Positions 15,817 to 32,063 of a stretch of 64,000 nucleotides of DNA are shown one piece after another. The DNA lies in the NCBI RefSeq assembly GCF_009914755.1, contig NC_060939.1; one strand, written 5' to 3'. The notes beneath the pieces were generated by a model that searched no databases, was not told where the DNA came from, and saw only the letters and a program-made list of their open reading frames with translations. Source of the DNA: the human T2T-CHM13v2.0 reference genome, Homo sapiens. Numbering within the stretch: the stretch's first letter is position 1; every line of letters starts with the position of its first letter. A program made the translations under genes and the position numbers.

Positions 15817-16633
15817 AAAAGTTCTTTTTTTTTTTAAACAGTATTCCCTGAAAGATCAAGATATTGTATAACAGTTTCTTCAATAGAGGAAATAGCCCCA
15901 AATGTTAGCTTTTTCAGTTATTCTGACACAATTAAGAGGAGGACTGTCTGCAGAGCCAGATGGCATGCCACGGCTGTGGCTCACTGTCAGTGGCACATTT
16001 AACGAGTCCAGCAGTGTCAAGCAAGCACTTTTCACAGGCAGAACGCAGAGTCGTGAGCACAGAGCTAGCAAGCCTGCACAGACACTAGCTAGGTGGCAAG
16101 CCTCTATTCCTCAGGGCCAATGAAGCTGGGTAAAGCGCCTGGGACACAAAGAATCCATACAGGATCCAGTGTGCGATCCTCGTTTCTCAAGACAGGAAAC
16201 CTGAGCACAGAGGTTAACTTCCCTGAGGACCCACAGCTTCTAGACAGCGGTGCTTGCAATCAATATTTTAAAGGTAGGCGCCATAAGATTCATCTATGGT
16301 TTTGTTTTTTTTTTCTGCTCACATCGCACATGTGGAATCAGTTTCCAGAGCAATCAAATTTTACCAAATATAACGGCCAAACACAATGAGGAGCTCCAGC
16401 AGGGAGCAGAAATTACTAAAGAGGAAACAAAATCTAAGTAAACGACTTGTAGGGTAGCCCACAGTACCCAGGACGGTACCCCTTTGAGCACGTTCTAGTG
16501 TCCCGTCCCAGACACCCCTCCATCCCAGGCAAACCAGGACAGCTGGCAGCCAAGCCTTTAGCTCACCTTTGAACCATCCTGAACAACTAACCAACTCCGA
16601 GCCGTATGTCCAGAAAGTCCCTGCTAGTATTCC

Positions 16634-18120
16634 TATGTCCGGAATTGGTGGGTTCTTGGTCTGAGTTCAAGAATGAAGCCGCGGACTGTCGCAGTGAATA
16701 TCACAGTTCTTAAAGGCGGCGTGTCCAGAGTTTGTTCCTTCTGATGCTCAAATGTGTTCGGAGTTTTTTCCTGCTGGTGGGTTCGTGGTCTAGCTAGCTC
16801 AGGAGCAAAGCTGCAGACCTTCACAGTGAGTGTTATAGCTCTTAAGGCACCACATCTGGAGTTGTTCGTTCCTCCCGGTGGATTCGTGGTCTCGCAGGCT
16901 TCAGGAGTAAAGCTACACACCTTTGTGGTAAGTGTTACAGCTCATAAACGCAGTCAGAACCCAAAAGAGCGAGCAGCAACAGGTTTTATTATAAACAGCA
17001 AAAGAACAAAGCTCTCTTGATCTCAAAAGTGACCCTAGCGCGTTGCCACCGCTACCTGGGGCAGCCTGCTTTTATTCTTACCTGGCCCCACCCACATCCT
17101 GCTGATTGGTCCATCTTACAAACAGCCGATTGGTCTGTTTTACAGAGAGCTGATTGGTCCGTTTTGACAGGGTGCTGATTGGTGCATTTACAGTCCCTGA
17201 GCTGGACACAAAGGTTCTCCACTTCCCCACCAGAGTACCTAGATACAGAGTGTGGATTGGTGCATTCACAAACCCTGAGCTAGACACAGGGTGCTGATTG
17301 GTGTGTTTACAAACCTTGAGCTAGATACAGAGTGCCGATTGGTGTATTTACAATCCCTTAGCTAGACATAAAGGTTCTCCAACTCCCCACCAGAGAAGCT
17401 AGATACAGAGTTCCATTGGTGCATTCGGAAACCCTGAGCTAGACACAGGGTGCTGATTGGTGTATTTACAATCCCTTAGCTAGACATAAAGGTTCTCCAA
17501 CTCCCCACCAGACTCAGGAGCCCAGCTGGTTTCACCCAGTGGATCCTGCACCAGGGCGGCAGTTGGAGCTGCCTGCCAGTCCCGCGCCATGGGCCTGCAC
17601 TCCTCAGCCCTTGGGTGGTCGATGGGACTGGGCGCCCTGGAGCAGGGAGCGGCGCTCGTCGGGGAGGCTCCAGCGGTACAGGAGCCCACAGAGAGAGGGG
17701 GGAGGCTCAGGCATGGCGGGCTGCAGGTCCCGAGCCCTGCCCCGTGGGAAGGCAGCTAAGGCCCGGCGAGAAGTCGAGCACAGCAGCTGCTGGCCCAGGT
17801 GCTAAGCCCCTCACTGCCCAGGGCTAGCGGGGCCGGCCGGGCGCTCCGAGTGCGAGGCCAGCCGAGCCCAGGCCCACCCGGAACTCGCGCTGGCCCGCAA
17901 GCACCACGCACAGCCCCGGTTCCCGCCTGCGCCTCTCCCTCCACACCTCCCCGCAAGCTGAGGGAGCCGGCTCCGGCCTTGGCCAGTGCAGAAAGGGGCT
18001 CCCACAGTGCAGCGGGGGGCTGAAGGGCTCCTCAAGCGCAGCCAGAGTGGGCGCCAAGGCCGAGGAGGCGCCGAGAGCGAGCAAGGGCTCTGAGGACTGC
18101 CAGCACGCTGTCACCTCTCA
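16634..18120 (-). mobile_element. LTR12C (ERV9) solo LTR
   Basis: Minus strand runs TGAGAGGTGACAGCGTGCTGGCAGTCC...AATTCCGGACATA, with GC-rich U3 and tandem CCAAT/GATA repeats. TSD TTCC/CTCC. Confidence 0.94.
17060..17500 (-). promoter_or_regulatory. LTR12 enhancer/promoter: 9 CCAAT (NF-Y) boxes, GATA repeats and AATAAAA TATA-like box
   Basis: Nine ATTGG on the plus strand between 17101 and 17460, AGATAC repeats, and TTTTATT at ~17070. This is the established ERV9 U3 architecture. Confidence 0.8.
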
Positions 18121-18400
18121 CTCCCACCCGCTGTCCTCAGCTGCATCCTTGTGCTTTCAAGGGGCATCGCCTTATCACCCTCCCCTAGATCCTTGGCCTT
18201 TCCGGGCCCAGAACGCTAAGGAAGCCCAGCAGCCAGGAGGAGTTGGGCTCCCGCTCCACAGTGGCCCGGCAGTCAGCACGCGACCAGGCCCGCAGAGCGC
18301 GCAGAGCCCGGCCGCTGGGCCGCCGCCTGACCCAGGAAGCGCAGCGCGAGCTCCCACTCCGTCTTCATGGATTCCCAGCCCAGTTGCGTGGTGGTGACTG
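18121..18400. promoter_or_regulatory. Non-repetitive GC/CpG-rich patch abutting LTR12C
   Basis: CpG-dense (CGCAGAGCGCGCAGAGCCCGGCCGCTGGGCCGCCGCC) with an ETS-like CAGGAAGC. Confidence 0.45.
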
Positions 18401-19074
18401 GGTAAAACTATATTATTTTTTTCTCTCCTATTTGTTGCTGCTTTTAGCCTGCCCCTGGAATGCGCACTGGCCTGATCCTGGGTCTTAAATAGTTCCCTGA
18501 GGGAAAAAAAGAATGGCAACTGGTGGTGCTAATAATTCCAGATGGAAACGAACTTGCTGCTGTGCCCCATTAACAAACAATCAGGATCACAGGCATTTCT
18601 GCTTCTGTGGTTCATTCGCTTCAAATAACTTGAGTGGCGGGCACGAAGGTGCCACTGGTGGCTTAGGCTCAGACCTTGCCTTTCAACCCAGCAGGGAGGA
18701 AGCTGAGGCTGGTACCTGTTTTCCCTGAGTGGGGCCCGAGGCACGTGAGGTATCCCTTGGGGGTGCAGGCTCATAGCAAGGAAGAGGGATCTATACGCCC
18801 AGAAACCACAGGGCCCTCACAAGGCTTGCAAACCCATCTACAACAGCCACCCGCAAAGGAACACACAGTCCCCACTCCCAGAGTAAGAACTTCCATTTTT
18901 CAGGGAGCTGTGAAGCACCCCCTGAGAGCCACTAGCTGGAGACCCTGAGCCCCAGAAGGTCAACTTGGAAGGAATGGTGGCTGCTCACTCCTGCAAACAC
19001 CAGCACATCCAGAGTCACCCCCACCCACACGTGCCTCACCAAGTCAGCATCCCAGCTGGTCCCTGGGGGCCTGA

Positions 19075-19389
<315 letters not shown>

Positions 19390-19390
19390 C

Positions 19391-19706
<316 letters not shown>

Positions 19707-21134
19707 TTCATTTTTAGTTAGACACATTTGGCCGGTTTTAAGTTTTCTGAATTGTGTTGGATGAAGAGGCAGGGTTTCCTGGATGAATGGGAAATTGAAA
19801 GTTGTGTCGCTTAATCTTTTCAGACTATAATTCTAACTCCTGTCGACCTTCTGAGAAAAAGTTCTTTGGGAAACCTTTTATCTCCCTTGCTCTTATTTGT
19901 GTTATTTTGGTTCTGGAGATTGAATGGTTCAAATTACTCTTGAATTCCTAAGGAAACTGTACTCTAATGCATGCAATGCTTGTCATGAATGAAATATGAA
20001 CATTGAAGCACCATCTTAGAATCACACTGACCCCTGCCTTTGTCTTGTCAGCCTGTGGTTTGCTGGCAAACTGGAAATTGTTTGATGAAATACCTGATAA
20101 TCAGCCATGATTCGGGAATGCCCGCTGGATTCCAGAGCGTGGCCTTCCTGTGTTAGAAATGCTTAGAGCTGCCAGGGGCAGTCTCTTCATTTAATTGGAT
20201 TTGCTTCGTGTGTAAATCTCCTCAAGACAATTGGCATGTAGACAGATGGTGGGAGAACCAGGGCTCCGACAAATTGCTTTGAGATCAAAGTGTTCAGACT
20301 GGCACCAACGATAACCACAAGAGTGAGAAAACGTGCATCCCTCCCACGGGCCTCTCAGAATTCTAAGATTTCTCCAGCTCCGTTTGCAAGTTGCACTGGG
20401 GGCCGACCAAGTTTAAAGTGAGGTTTGAACTTGAAACACAAGAGCTTCAAACCTTCACTTGCAGAGTTGATTTTTCTAATTTAAAACAGATAAGAGATGT
20501 CATATTTGCTGATACAAATATGATTCTAAAGCAGAATGTGATTTTTGTGTGTGTTGCTGCATTTTTATTGTATTTTTATTATCCCAGGAGGTACCTGGCT
20601 TCTCAGTGCTTTTTTTCTTAATCTCACTATTTTCTATAACTGCCCTTTTTTTTTTTCTGGCTGTTTCCAAGGGCAGCTAAAGTCTTATTTATTCTAAAGA
20701 ATTTGGTCAAATCAGAGGACACCATGGGCTTTTTGGGACATTCTGTCCAAAACTTTTTCATTCCCTGAGAAAGTTTTTACTCCCTCATGAGCCAACCCTG
20801 TTTGTGGGTCTAGACCCAGATGTTCAGGAATTGCAAAGGCATAATTCAAGTTTCTCTCCGGAACTGGTTCCTAGTCTAAAGGTCTGAGGTCCAGGGAGCT
20901 GGGTTCTCAGAGACTGACATTTAGTCACAGCCCTTTCCTCATCTAAGAATTTGAATGACTTGAGAAATATGTCACAGGAATCAGAGATGGAACTGAAAAC
21001 CTCAGCTGTACTCTGGGATAAAGCTGAGTTAGAGAATTCCACTTGTATGTGCAGCCCACTTAATTGAGCACCTGACTCCATCACAGGCATATCTGGCACT
21101 GGCTAGTCTCCCACACAAGAGGCCACACAGTTTT

Positions 21135-21399
21135 AAAACTTTTTATTTTGAAATAGATATTCATAGGAATTTGCCAAGAAGTGTACAGAGAGGTCCCCTG
21201 TACCCTTTACCCAGCCTCTCCTGATATTTCAATATAAAAGCCAGGATATTGACATTGGTGTAATTCAAGTTTGTATGTGCATGCAGTGTGTGTGTGTGCA
21301 TGTGTGTGTACCTTCAGCTCATGTGTAGCTTCCTATAACCACCACCACAATCAACATACCTAGCAGTACCACCACCACAAAGCTCACTCATGCTCCCTT
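21135..21399 (-). mobile_element. L1MC/MD 3' end
   Basis: TTTTATTTTGAAATA...TACAGAGAGGTCCCCTGTACCCTTTACCCAG...CCAGGATATTGACATTGGT. Confidence 0.6.
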
Positions 21400-22022
21400 T
21401 GGGAAAAGGAGTATTTACCCAATTCCTATACCCCCACTGTATCTTGGAAGTAACGAACTTGTTTTTGATTGTTACAAGCTCATAGGTAGAAGAGACTAGC
21501 CTTGTCTCAGATGACTTTAGACTTTGGACTTCTGAGTTAATGCTGGAATGAATTAAGACTATGGGGGAAGGTTGGGAAGGCATGATTGTATTTTGAAATG
21601 TGAGAAGGACATGAGATTTGGGAGGGGCAAGGGGTAGAATGATATGGTTTGGGTTTACGTCCCTTCCCTAATCTCATGTCAAATTATAATCCCCAGTGTT
21701 GGAGGAAGGGCCTGGTGGGAGATGACTAGATCATGGGGGTGGATTTCCCCTTTGGTGCTATTCTCATAATAGTGAGTTATCACAACATCTGGTTGTTTAA
21801 AAGGGTGTAGCACCTCCCCCTTTTCTGTCTTCCTCCTGCTGCAGCCGTGTAAGACATGCAGGCTTCCCCTTTGCCTTCTGCCATGATTGTAAGTTTCCTG
21901 AGGCTTCCCCAGCCATGCTTCCTGTATAGCCTACAGAAATGTGAGCAAGTTAAACCTCTTTTCTTTATAAATTACCCAGTCTCAGGTATTTCTTTATAGC
22001 AGTATGAGAACAGACTAATACT
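21400..22022 (+). mobile_element. MSTA (MaLR) internal 3' end, polypurine tract and 3' LTR (21640-22022)
   Basis: GGAGGGGCAAGGGGTAGAA|TGATATGGTTTGG...AATTACCCAGTCTCAGGTATTTCTTTATAGCA...GACTAATA. The 5' LTR is absent. Confidence 0.85.
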
Positions 22023-22399
22023 ACTGGCAACAGTTGACCTGCTGGGTAATGCCCAGCTTCCCTTGCAGAGGCCCCCATGCTGCTAGAAGCCAGTTCCAGA
22101 CAGTTATGTAGCATCTTCTCCTACCATCCAACTCGTCTGTGCTCCAGCCACATAGGGCAACTTGATGATCTGCAAGGTTCCATGCTCCTGCCTGCCCCAG
22201 TGACTTGCCCATGCCTTTCTCTCAACTGCTCCTCTCTCCTCCTGGATGAGTCCCCACACCCACTCCTTATTGGTCCTCTGCAGAATCTCTGGCCAGTCCC
22301 CAGCAGAGCTGACCTTTTTCCCCTGAACTACCCTGGAATGCCCTTGGAATTTTATTGGCTCCTATTCTGCTTATCCACTTGTTTTTAGTCATAAATTTA

Positions 22400-22540
22400 A
22401 GAGTCCTTTGAAAATGGGAGTTTTTGAGGAGAAAGATGATGATTTTCTCTATTGTTATTTCCCTAGTGCTGAGAGTTGGTGCTCAGCAAATGTTTGAGTG
22501 AATGAATGAGTGAATGAATGAATGGATGAGTGAATGAAAA
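22400..22540 (+). mobile_element. L2 3' end with (GAAT)n tail
   Basis: GTGCTCAGCAAATGTTTGAGTGAATGAATG. Confidence 0.6.
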
Positions 22541-24275
22541 GTGGGGTCCTCTCAGAGGTGAGCAAATGCTTTATTTTAATTGTGTTCAAGTGTCAGATGT
22601 CCCAGAAAAAAAGCACAGACCCTGAGGCTAAGTCCGTGTGCTATAATTCTTGGAGATCCAGGAAGCACATAAGCAGGTAAAGCTGGAAAACAGCATCAGT
22701 CAAGAAGCTCATGGAATCCAGCCTTTCCCAAAAGTGTTGGCCCTGGCTCCAGGGCAGGTGGGCTATGCAGAGCAGGCACCATGGCAGCACCACTGCAGGT
22801 GCTGACTGCAGGGCCCTCACTGCAGGGCCACACATTTCTCTTAGATAAGGCTGACAGGAGGGGCTGTGCCTGGCCTCAACCTCATTCTTCTCTGCACCCA
22901 CCATCTTCTCTCTCACTTCTTCCTTCCCCTCTGCAAGGCAGCATGTACCACAGGCACGTTCCCAAATCTAGACCTGCCTCACCATATGTGAACGTTATGT
23001 CCCAGGCACCAAAGGTCAGTGTCCTTAGCTACAAAGCTCTACCTCTCACCCCATTCATCCTCCTGTTACCCCACATGGCCCCATCACCCCTCCCCTACAT
23101 GGACTCAGTGTCCCTTGGCTCCCACAGGGATACCCCTATCCCATGCTTCCAACACATCACTGCAATTGCCCCTAAGGCACCCTCCTACAGCCCATCCCAA
23201 TGCATACATTGAGGTGGAACCCCAGTAAGATTCTTCCCTGAAGGTGCTGCCAGTCAGCATCAAGCCAGTTAAGCCAATTACACCAATCCCCACATGTAAA
23301 AAGGTTCGTGGATCTGTGTCTGAGTTTCTTGGCAGCTCAGGTCTTAACCCAACAATGGACTTCGTTACCCAAGTGCTTGGGGATCCCTGTTTCTTACTGG
23401 ATTTGACAGGGAGACCAATAGCTACTTTTAAGTACTAGAAAAGATCAACTAGAAGAGTAATTCACAGAAGATGAAAATGAAGAAAACAATGTCCAAACCA
23501 GACTCCCCTCCCAGTGGGCTCTATCTCCAGTTCCTGGGGCTCTTTAAAATGTGCCATGAAATAAACAGAGCTAGGTGCCTTCAGGCATCTCTGAGGTCAC
23601 TCAGATTTGTTCAGTCTGTGAGGGTCCATATGGGGAAGTGGCTGACAGTGGGAGGCAGCCACGCGGGGGCTGCAGGGAGCCTTGCTGCAGCCACAGTATC
23701 TCAAGGCAGTCTTTGGCCTTCAAGAGATGTTCTCTTCTGAACTGGAACCTTGCCCTTCTCCTTAGCCTCCAGCTCTGATGAAAACAGGCCATCCTGTTGG
23801 AGGGACCTCCCCACACCTGGCTTTCTCCTCTCCCTGATCTGAGCTCAGGCTCCTACCAGCTCCCTTGCAGCTGGATCAGGGGAACTTCAAGGGACCATCC
23901 AGGTTTCTGCACCTCATGACAACCCCAAAGGCCGGGGTTCCCTTTGGAAAATGCCTGAGGCTGCACAGCAGTATTTGGGCCAAATTCACTTACAGGCACG
24001 AACATCATGCCTTTAAAGCTCCTAGTGTAAGTTTCCTAAGTTTCTTAGAAACTTGGAAATCGTAGAGTAGAATGAATCCTAACTGGTGGGGGCTGCATCA
24101 CTGCGAAAAGTGAGATAACTTCAGTGGACGGTGACGTGACATCAAATTAAGTCTTCACTTTAAATTTAAAACATATTTTAACTTCATTTTAAGTTTAAAA
24201 GAAAGTAAATTACATAGGGAGAACACTTTCAGTCCTGCTTATTAGGGCAAGAAGAGAGTTCCAGTTTGCTGACGC

Positions 24276-24666
24276 TATTTCTCTAACACCCCCACACCAC
24301 ACACTGATCTTCCTCTTCAACAAACAGGAATGAGGCTTCAGGCTCTGAACCTTGATCAGGTCACTACATCTCACCTGATGTTAAGGATACTTTCTTATTT
24401 TTATTTTACTTGGGTTTTTCAACATATAAATCTCTCTGTCTATATATAGATTTTTTCAATGTATAAATATGTATTTTTTCAATATCTAAATCTCTATATA
24501 TGTGTATATATATAAATGTATGTAACTTATACATTTAGAAACTTAAATAAAAGTATCCTAATGTCAGGTCAGATGTAGTGACCTGATCAAGGTTCAGTGC
24601 CTGCAGCCTCCTTCGTATTTGTTGAATAGGAAGATCAGTGTGTGGTGCAGGAGTGTTAGAGGAATA
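24276..24666. repeat. ~120-bp imperfect inverted repeat (24276-24400 / 24545-24666)
   Basis: Includes exact TGAACCTTGATCAGGTCACTACATCT versus AGATGTAGTGACCTGATCAAGGTTCA. Confidence 0.93.
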
Positions 24667-24793
24667 CATACATATATATATATAAATTTCTCTCTATATA
24701 TAGAGAGAGTGAATATATAATACATATTTAAGCTTCTAAATATATGTTACATATGTGTGTGTAGATATATATATGTGCATATGTGTGTATATA

Positions 24794-24841
<48 letters not shown>

Positions 24842-24862
24842 GAGAGAGAGAGAGAGAGAGAG
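24667..24862. repeat. (TA)n/(GA)n compound microsatellite
   Basis: Long (TA) run at ~24800-24837 followed by (AG)n. Confidence 0.92.
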
Positions 24863-25159
24863 AAGCTTAAAGGGAGAGTCCCCTGGAAGAAAACGGACTG
24901 ATTAAATCACGAGTGGTACACAGACAGCGGCCTTGATGAGGAGCATTGACCACAGCTGTAGACATGGCTACACAGCAGAAGCATTATTTGAATGATGGAC
25001 ATTTGGGAAACATGGGGAAGTAAAACCTCCTTGTTTCAGAGATGACAAAAGCAAACCAGAGTGAGGCCAAGCACTTTGTTTCATGGAGGTGTGATGGCCC
25101 TGTGAGGCCCAGGCACATGGCATAAATTAGGTTCTTACTTTTATTAATAGGATATAATC

Positions 25160-25628
25160 TGGGGGGGAGTCACTGCTAGCTTCCTCTACAATGTCTGTCT
25201 TCCTCTTCCCTCCAGCTACTTGCCCTCGCTATCTGGCTGGATGCAATGCTATTCAGACAAAACACTCCCTCTTTGGTCACCCTCCACACTAAGTATGACA
25301 GACGACTATGTTCTAGTCAACAAGCTGAAAACAGAAATGTTTTGTGTAACTTCCAGGAAATCTCTTCACGAGATAAGCACATGCTCTCTTTCCTCCCCTT
25401 CAGTCATCTTGCTCTCTGGTACCAGCATGTGATGGCTAGAGCCCTAGGAGCCATCTTGGGCTGTAAGGATGAGGCCACATGTAGCAAAGGTGGAAGCAGC
25501 CTGGGAAGCTGATGAATTTATGGACCTGCTGCACCTGCATGTGAGAGAAACATTTGTATTGTGTTTCAGCCCTTTTGATGTAGGGTTTTTCTTCTCCTAC
25601 GTGCCACCAAACCTAATTTAAACTCATA
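25160..25628 (+). mobile_element. MLT1J/K-like MaLR LTR
   Basis: GTGATGGCTAGAGCCCTAGGAGCCATCTTG...ATGTGAGAGAAA...AAACCTAATTTAAACTCATA. Confidence 0.6.
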
Positions 25629-26769
25629 TGTAATAGATCTATATATAGATATATACATATATATGTAATTATATAATATAACCTTTGCCTCTTAATGTAG
25701 AATTCTTTAGCATATACAAAAGCCTATAACATCCACTGTTTTGTTTGATCCTCACAAGACCTTAAGAAATAGGCACTTACAATTCTTTTTTAAGAAGCAG
25801 ATGAAAAAGCTAAGGCCCAGAGCTGGCACAAGACCAGAGGGGTTGATGAGGACTAGGACTTATGGACTAGAGCCCACGCTCAATCTCTGCATCCAACATC
25901 CCTGAGTTGGTGAGGCTTATCCTGGGCCTGACTGTTCCTGAGACAACCCACTCAGGAAATCCCCCACCTCAAACAGCATCTGGATTCTCCAAGCAGCATC
26001 CTCGGGTGACTTAGGAGAGAACTCTGTAGAATATTCAGTAAAGCAATCCCTCTTTACCTGCCCCCCTCCTGACACACACAGGCCTTTCCTGAGTGACGGT
26101 TTAAAGCCATGCTTTGTGCTTTCATTGAGTATTAGAATAAGAAAGTGCCAAGTGCAGACTTCGCACCATTTGTTTTTTACAAATCCACAGTGGCTGCTTC
26201 CATACCAGTCACTAAGGTCATGGAGGCTGCTGTGTTTTTCTACCTGAACCAATGAACGTAATTCCTGCAGCAACACTTCTGGATGGGTGGGGATGGGTGG
26301 CTAGTGCAGGGCCAGAACAGCCCAATGATTGCACACTCTGGATAGAGCTGGAGAGCCCAGCCCCCTCTGTGTGGCTCAGCAGGTATGGAGCTGCGCTGAG
26401 CATTTTTGCTGCTGAGCTTGATAAAGCAATGGAAAGTCTGTAGATTGTTAAGTGAGACTAAATTCCAGGCAGATCTTGAAAAATAGAAGAGCTTCACCCA
26501 AGCAGACACATACAATACAAGGCAGCCTGATCAGAAGCCACACCAATCCAAGGAGGCCTGTGCTGCAGAATAGTAGGCCCATAAGCAGCACAGCAGTGAA
26601 AGCATGGTGGGTCATTGAGGACCACGGTCTCAAAGCAAGGGAGCCTCCTAGACATGACTTTAAAAGCTAGGATAAATTAGCAGCAGATGCAGGGGCCGGG
26701 AATCAATCCTTCTAATGGACTCCATATTGTTGCCTTCCTCATTAGGGTTTCTTACCCAGTTTGTGGTCT

Positions 26770-26920
26770 CTACATTTTAAGAGAGATGTCAAGACCTGGA
26801 GATGGGCCAGAGAAATGCAATAAAAATGATTAAAGGGCAGGGTAATAGGTCTTGGAAAAGATGAGTGAAAAATTAGTGACTGGAGAAGACAAGGCCACAA
26901 GTGACTCTAACCATGGCCTT
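26770..26920 (+). mobile_element. L3/CR1 fragment
   Basis: ACATTTTAAGAGAGATG...CCAGAGAAATGCAATAAAAATGATTAAAGGG...TGGAGAAGACAAGGC. Confidence 0.5.
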
Positions 26921-28935
26921 TCCCTGCAAAAAAGGTCAGAAGCATCCGAGCTCCGGAAAACTCACTCCGCACCCTGGCTGCGTCCAATGAATCCAAATGT
27001 CTAGGCATTTTGAAATAGCATCTTTTAAAGCTTTTAAAAAATTTTTTCATCCAGCTGGTGTTGTGTTAACCCAGCCTGAATGTAAATCAAGCACAGACAT
27101 TTGCCTCCGGAAAGATATCTCTACCATGTGTTGGTCTCTGGTTTGGGGTTTCATCAACTAAAATTAACAAAGGAATTTACTGAGCCTAAAATTTTAAATA
27201 AAAAGGGCAAGAAGGAGACATTAGAATTCCCAGAGAGGTTGGCGAACAGGCTTCAGAGGGGACATAAGAGAAAAGGAGGGGAAAAAGGCAAAGTCAGAAG
27301 TTTTATGGGTCAACTGTGGTTGATGAGCTGCCGTCTTGGGTGAGAAGCATGGCCACCATGGATGAGTAAGCTGTGGTACCTGTCCTCAGGGGAGTCCAAG
27401 GGAGTCCAGTGCAGAATGAGAAGTGTCAGGATGGAGTCTGAAGCACAGTGCCAGAGGCATGAGGATAAGAAGCACCCAGCTCCTTCTGGGCAAGGACTCT
27501 CTCATTTAGTCCAATGAGGTAGTTGCTTCCTGACCCTGAGTTGTTTGAAATTAAGTCCCTTGCCCCAGGTTGCATGGTCAATAGACAGTGAAATGCCAGC
27601 TCCAGGGCCATGTTCCATAGCAATGCAGCCAGGATGAATTTGAGAAAGCAGCTTTAAAAATATCCCTTTTTATCCATTTAAAGTATCATCTCTTAGCTAC
27701 ATGAAGAGAAGCTTACATCATAGAAACCAACCAGAGAGCACTTACTAAAAACTAGCCTCATGTGACATAGTGTAGATGCCCCTGGGGAAACCAGGACATG
27801 TGACCACAAGTGACGAAGATCCCCTTGAGGAGAATCAGACATGGAGTGTCATGAACACTTATGGCTCCGAGGCATCACAGAGATTCCACATCACCCACCT
27901 CCTCGCCTCCACTCAGTTTTACAAAGGTCCATCTGGGGCCCAGAGAGGTGAAACGACTCAGCCCACAGCAGAACTTCTGAGGGAAGATCCTCTGCTCCAA
28001 CTGCAGTCTTTTGACTCCAAGTCCAGGGCTCTCTCCAGCACCCAGCATACCTGGCTACAGATGACAGGAACCAAGGAAGGGTGTCAGTCATGAGACAGAA
28101 AGCTGTTTCTACCTGGAGAAGGCACAGTGGCTCTGGGAGGAAGACCAGAGGTAGAGAAGAAAAATTATTATACTGAGCTGATGAAAACCATGGGGAATGA
28201 GGAAAAAACAATGTCATCAATGAAAATCTTTCCCTCTTGGCCTACACATATTAGAGTTAATCATTAAGAACATCAATATATGCCTTAGAGAAATCAGCCA
28301 TGATGAAAGCCACTGTGAAACTGATAAAACACATACACACGCACATGCAGCTGTGATCTCTCAGGTTGGCTGGCACTAGGAGAACCCAATAATGCAATGT
28401 TCGCTATTAAAGGATGTTAATAACACTCTAATACAGCATTGTGAATAATGCAATACTGACTTTAGAAGTGGAGTCAGAAAACTTGAAAACAGCAGAAAAG
28501 GAGGGAAAACCTTCCTTGCAGAATAATTCTCACCCATTCCCACAGGATCCCATGGGTGCTTCTGTGACAGGCCCTAGTGCTTGCCTGCCTAACAGCCATT
28601 CCCCTGCCTCCTTGCTAGCATAACCCTGGCTTCATATCAGGACCATGCACTCTACTGAGGGCATGACTCACCATGATCTGGCCTAGGATGGCAATACCAT
28701 TCCCCGTTGCCTGATGGCTAAGCCCCCAATCTCCCTGGTAATTAGGGGTACCCATGTGATCCACTTCTTACCAATGAGACTTATGGAAACATTCTCCAAT
28801 CTGGAGGGCTGCTTCAGGTGCACCACATAAGACTTGCCCACTTCTGAGTGAAGCATAATACAGAACTATGTTATTTCTCCTATCGTATAGATCGAGCAAG
28901 GCTCTGGCCGGTTTTCCCTCCATCTTTCCTTATGA

Positions 28936-31091
<2,156 letters not shown>

Positions 31092-31670
31092 CAAAATTTT
31101 CCACAGAATAGCTTCTGGTTCTGTATATTGTAATAACCATTTCTCCTTTACTGACTATATACTTCTAGGACTGGGTGCTGTAGGGTACATTCATAATATA
31201 AAAAAAAAAAAAAGTCGGGTGTGCTTTGCTCTGATGGTTAAGCACCACCGTCCAGCCCAGTGCTATCAGTAAGCCCATTTCTAGAACAGTATTTATCATC
31301 AGCCATGGTTTACAGAAGACAGCTACTATGGAGTTTATCAAATATGCTGCTGCCTTCTCAACAGGGCACTCCTTCATGGCCTTGGTAGGTAAAATGTTCT
31401 CATGTTTGTATATCTGTTATATTTAAGGGAAGTTAAACTAGGAAATGTTTTTATTTTATAGACTTCCAAGTATTTTTTATCATCTAAGAAATCTTGATTT
31501 GTTTTCTTCTCTTGCATAGAAAGGAAAGATGCTGAAGGATGGGAGATTGTTCAGAGAGGAAGATCTGTTTGTTCTCAAGCAACAGCAGTGATGCCAAAAG
31601 TTTCATTAGCAACAGAAGCCTTAAGATCAAAGGATGACAGTAATAAAGAAAATGTATATCTTTTACCTAA

Positions 31671-32063
<393 letters not shown>

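Noticed and set aside
17480-18519. Cluster of overlapping ORFs
   Set aside because: They derive from the GC-rich LTR12C U3 and the adjacent GC patch.
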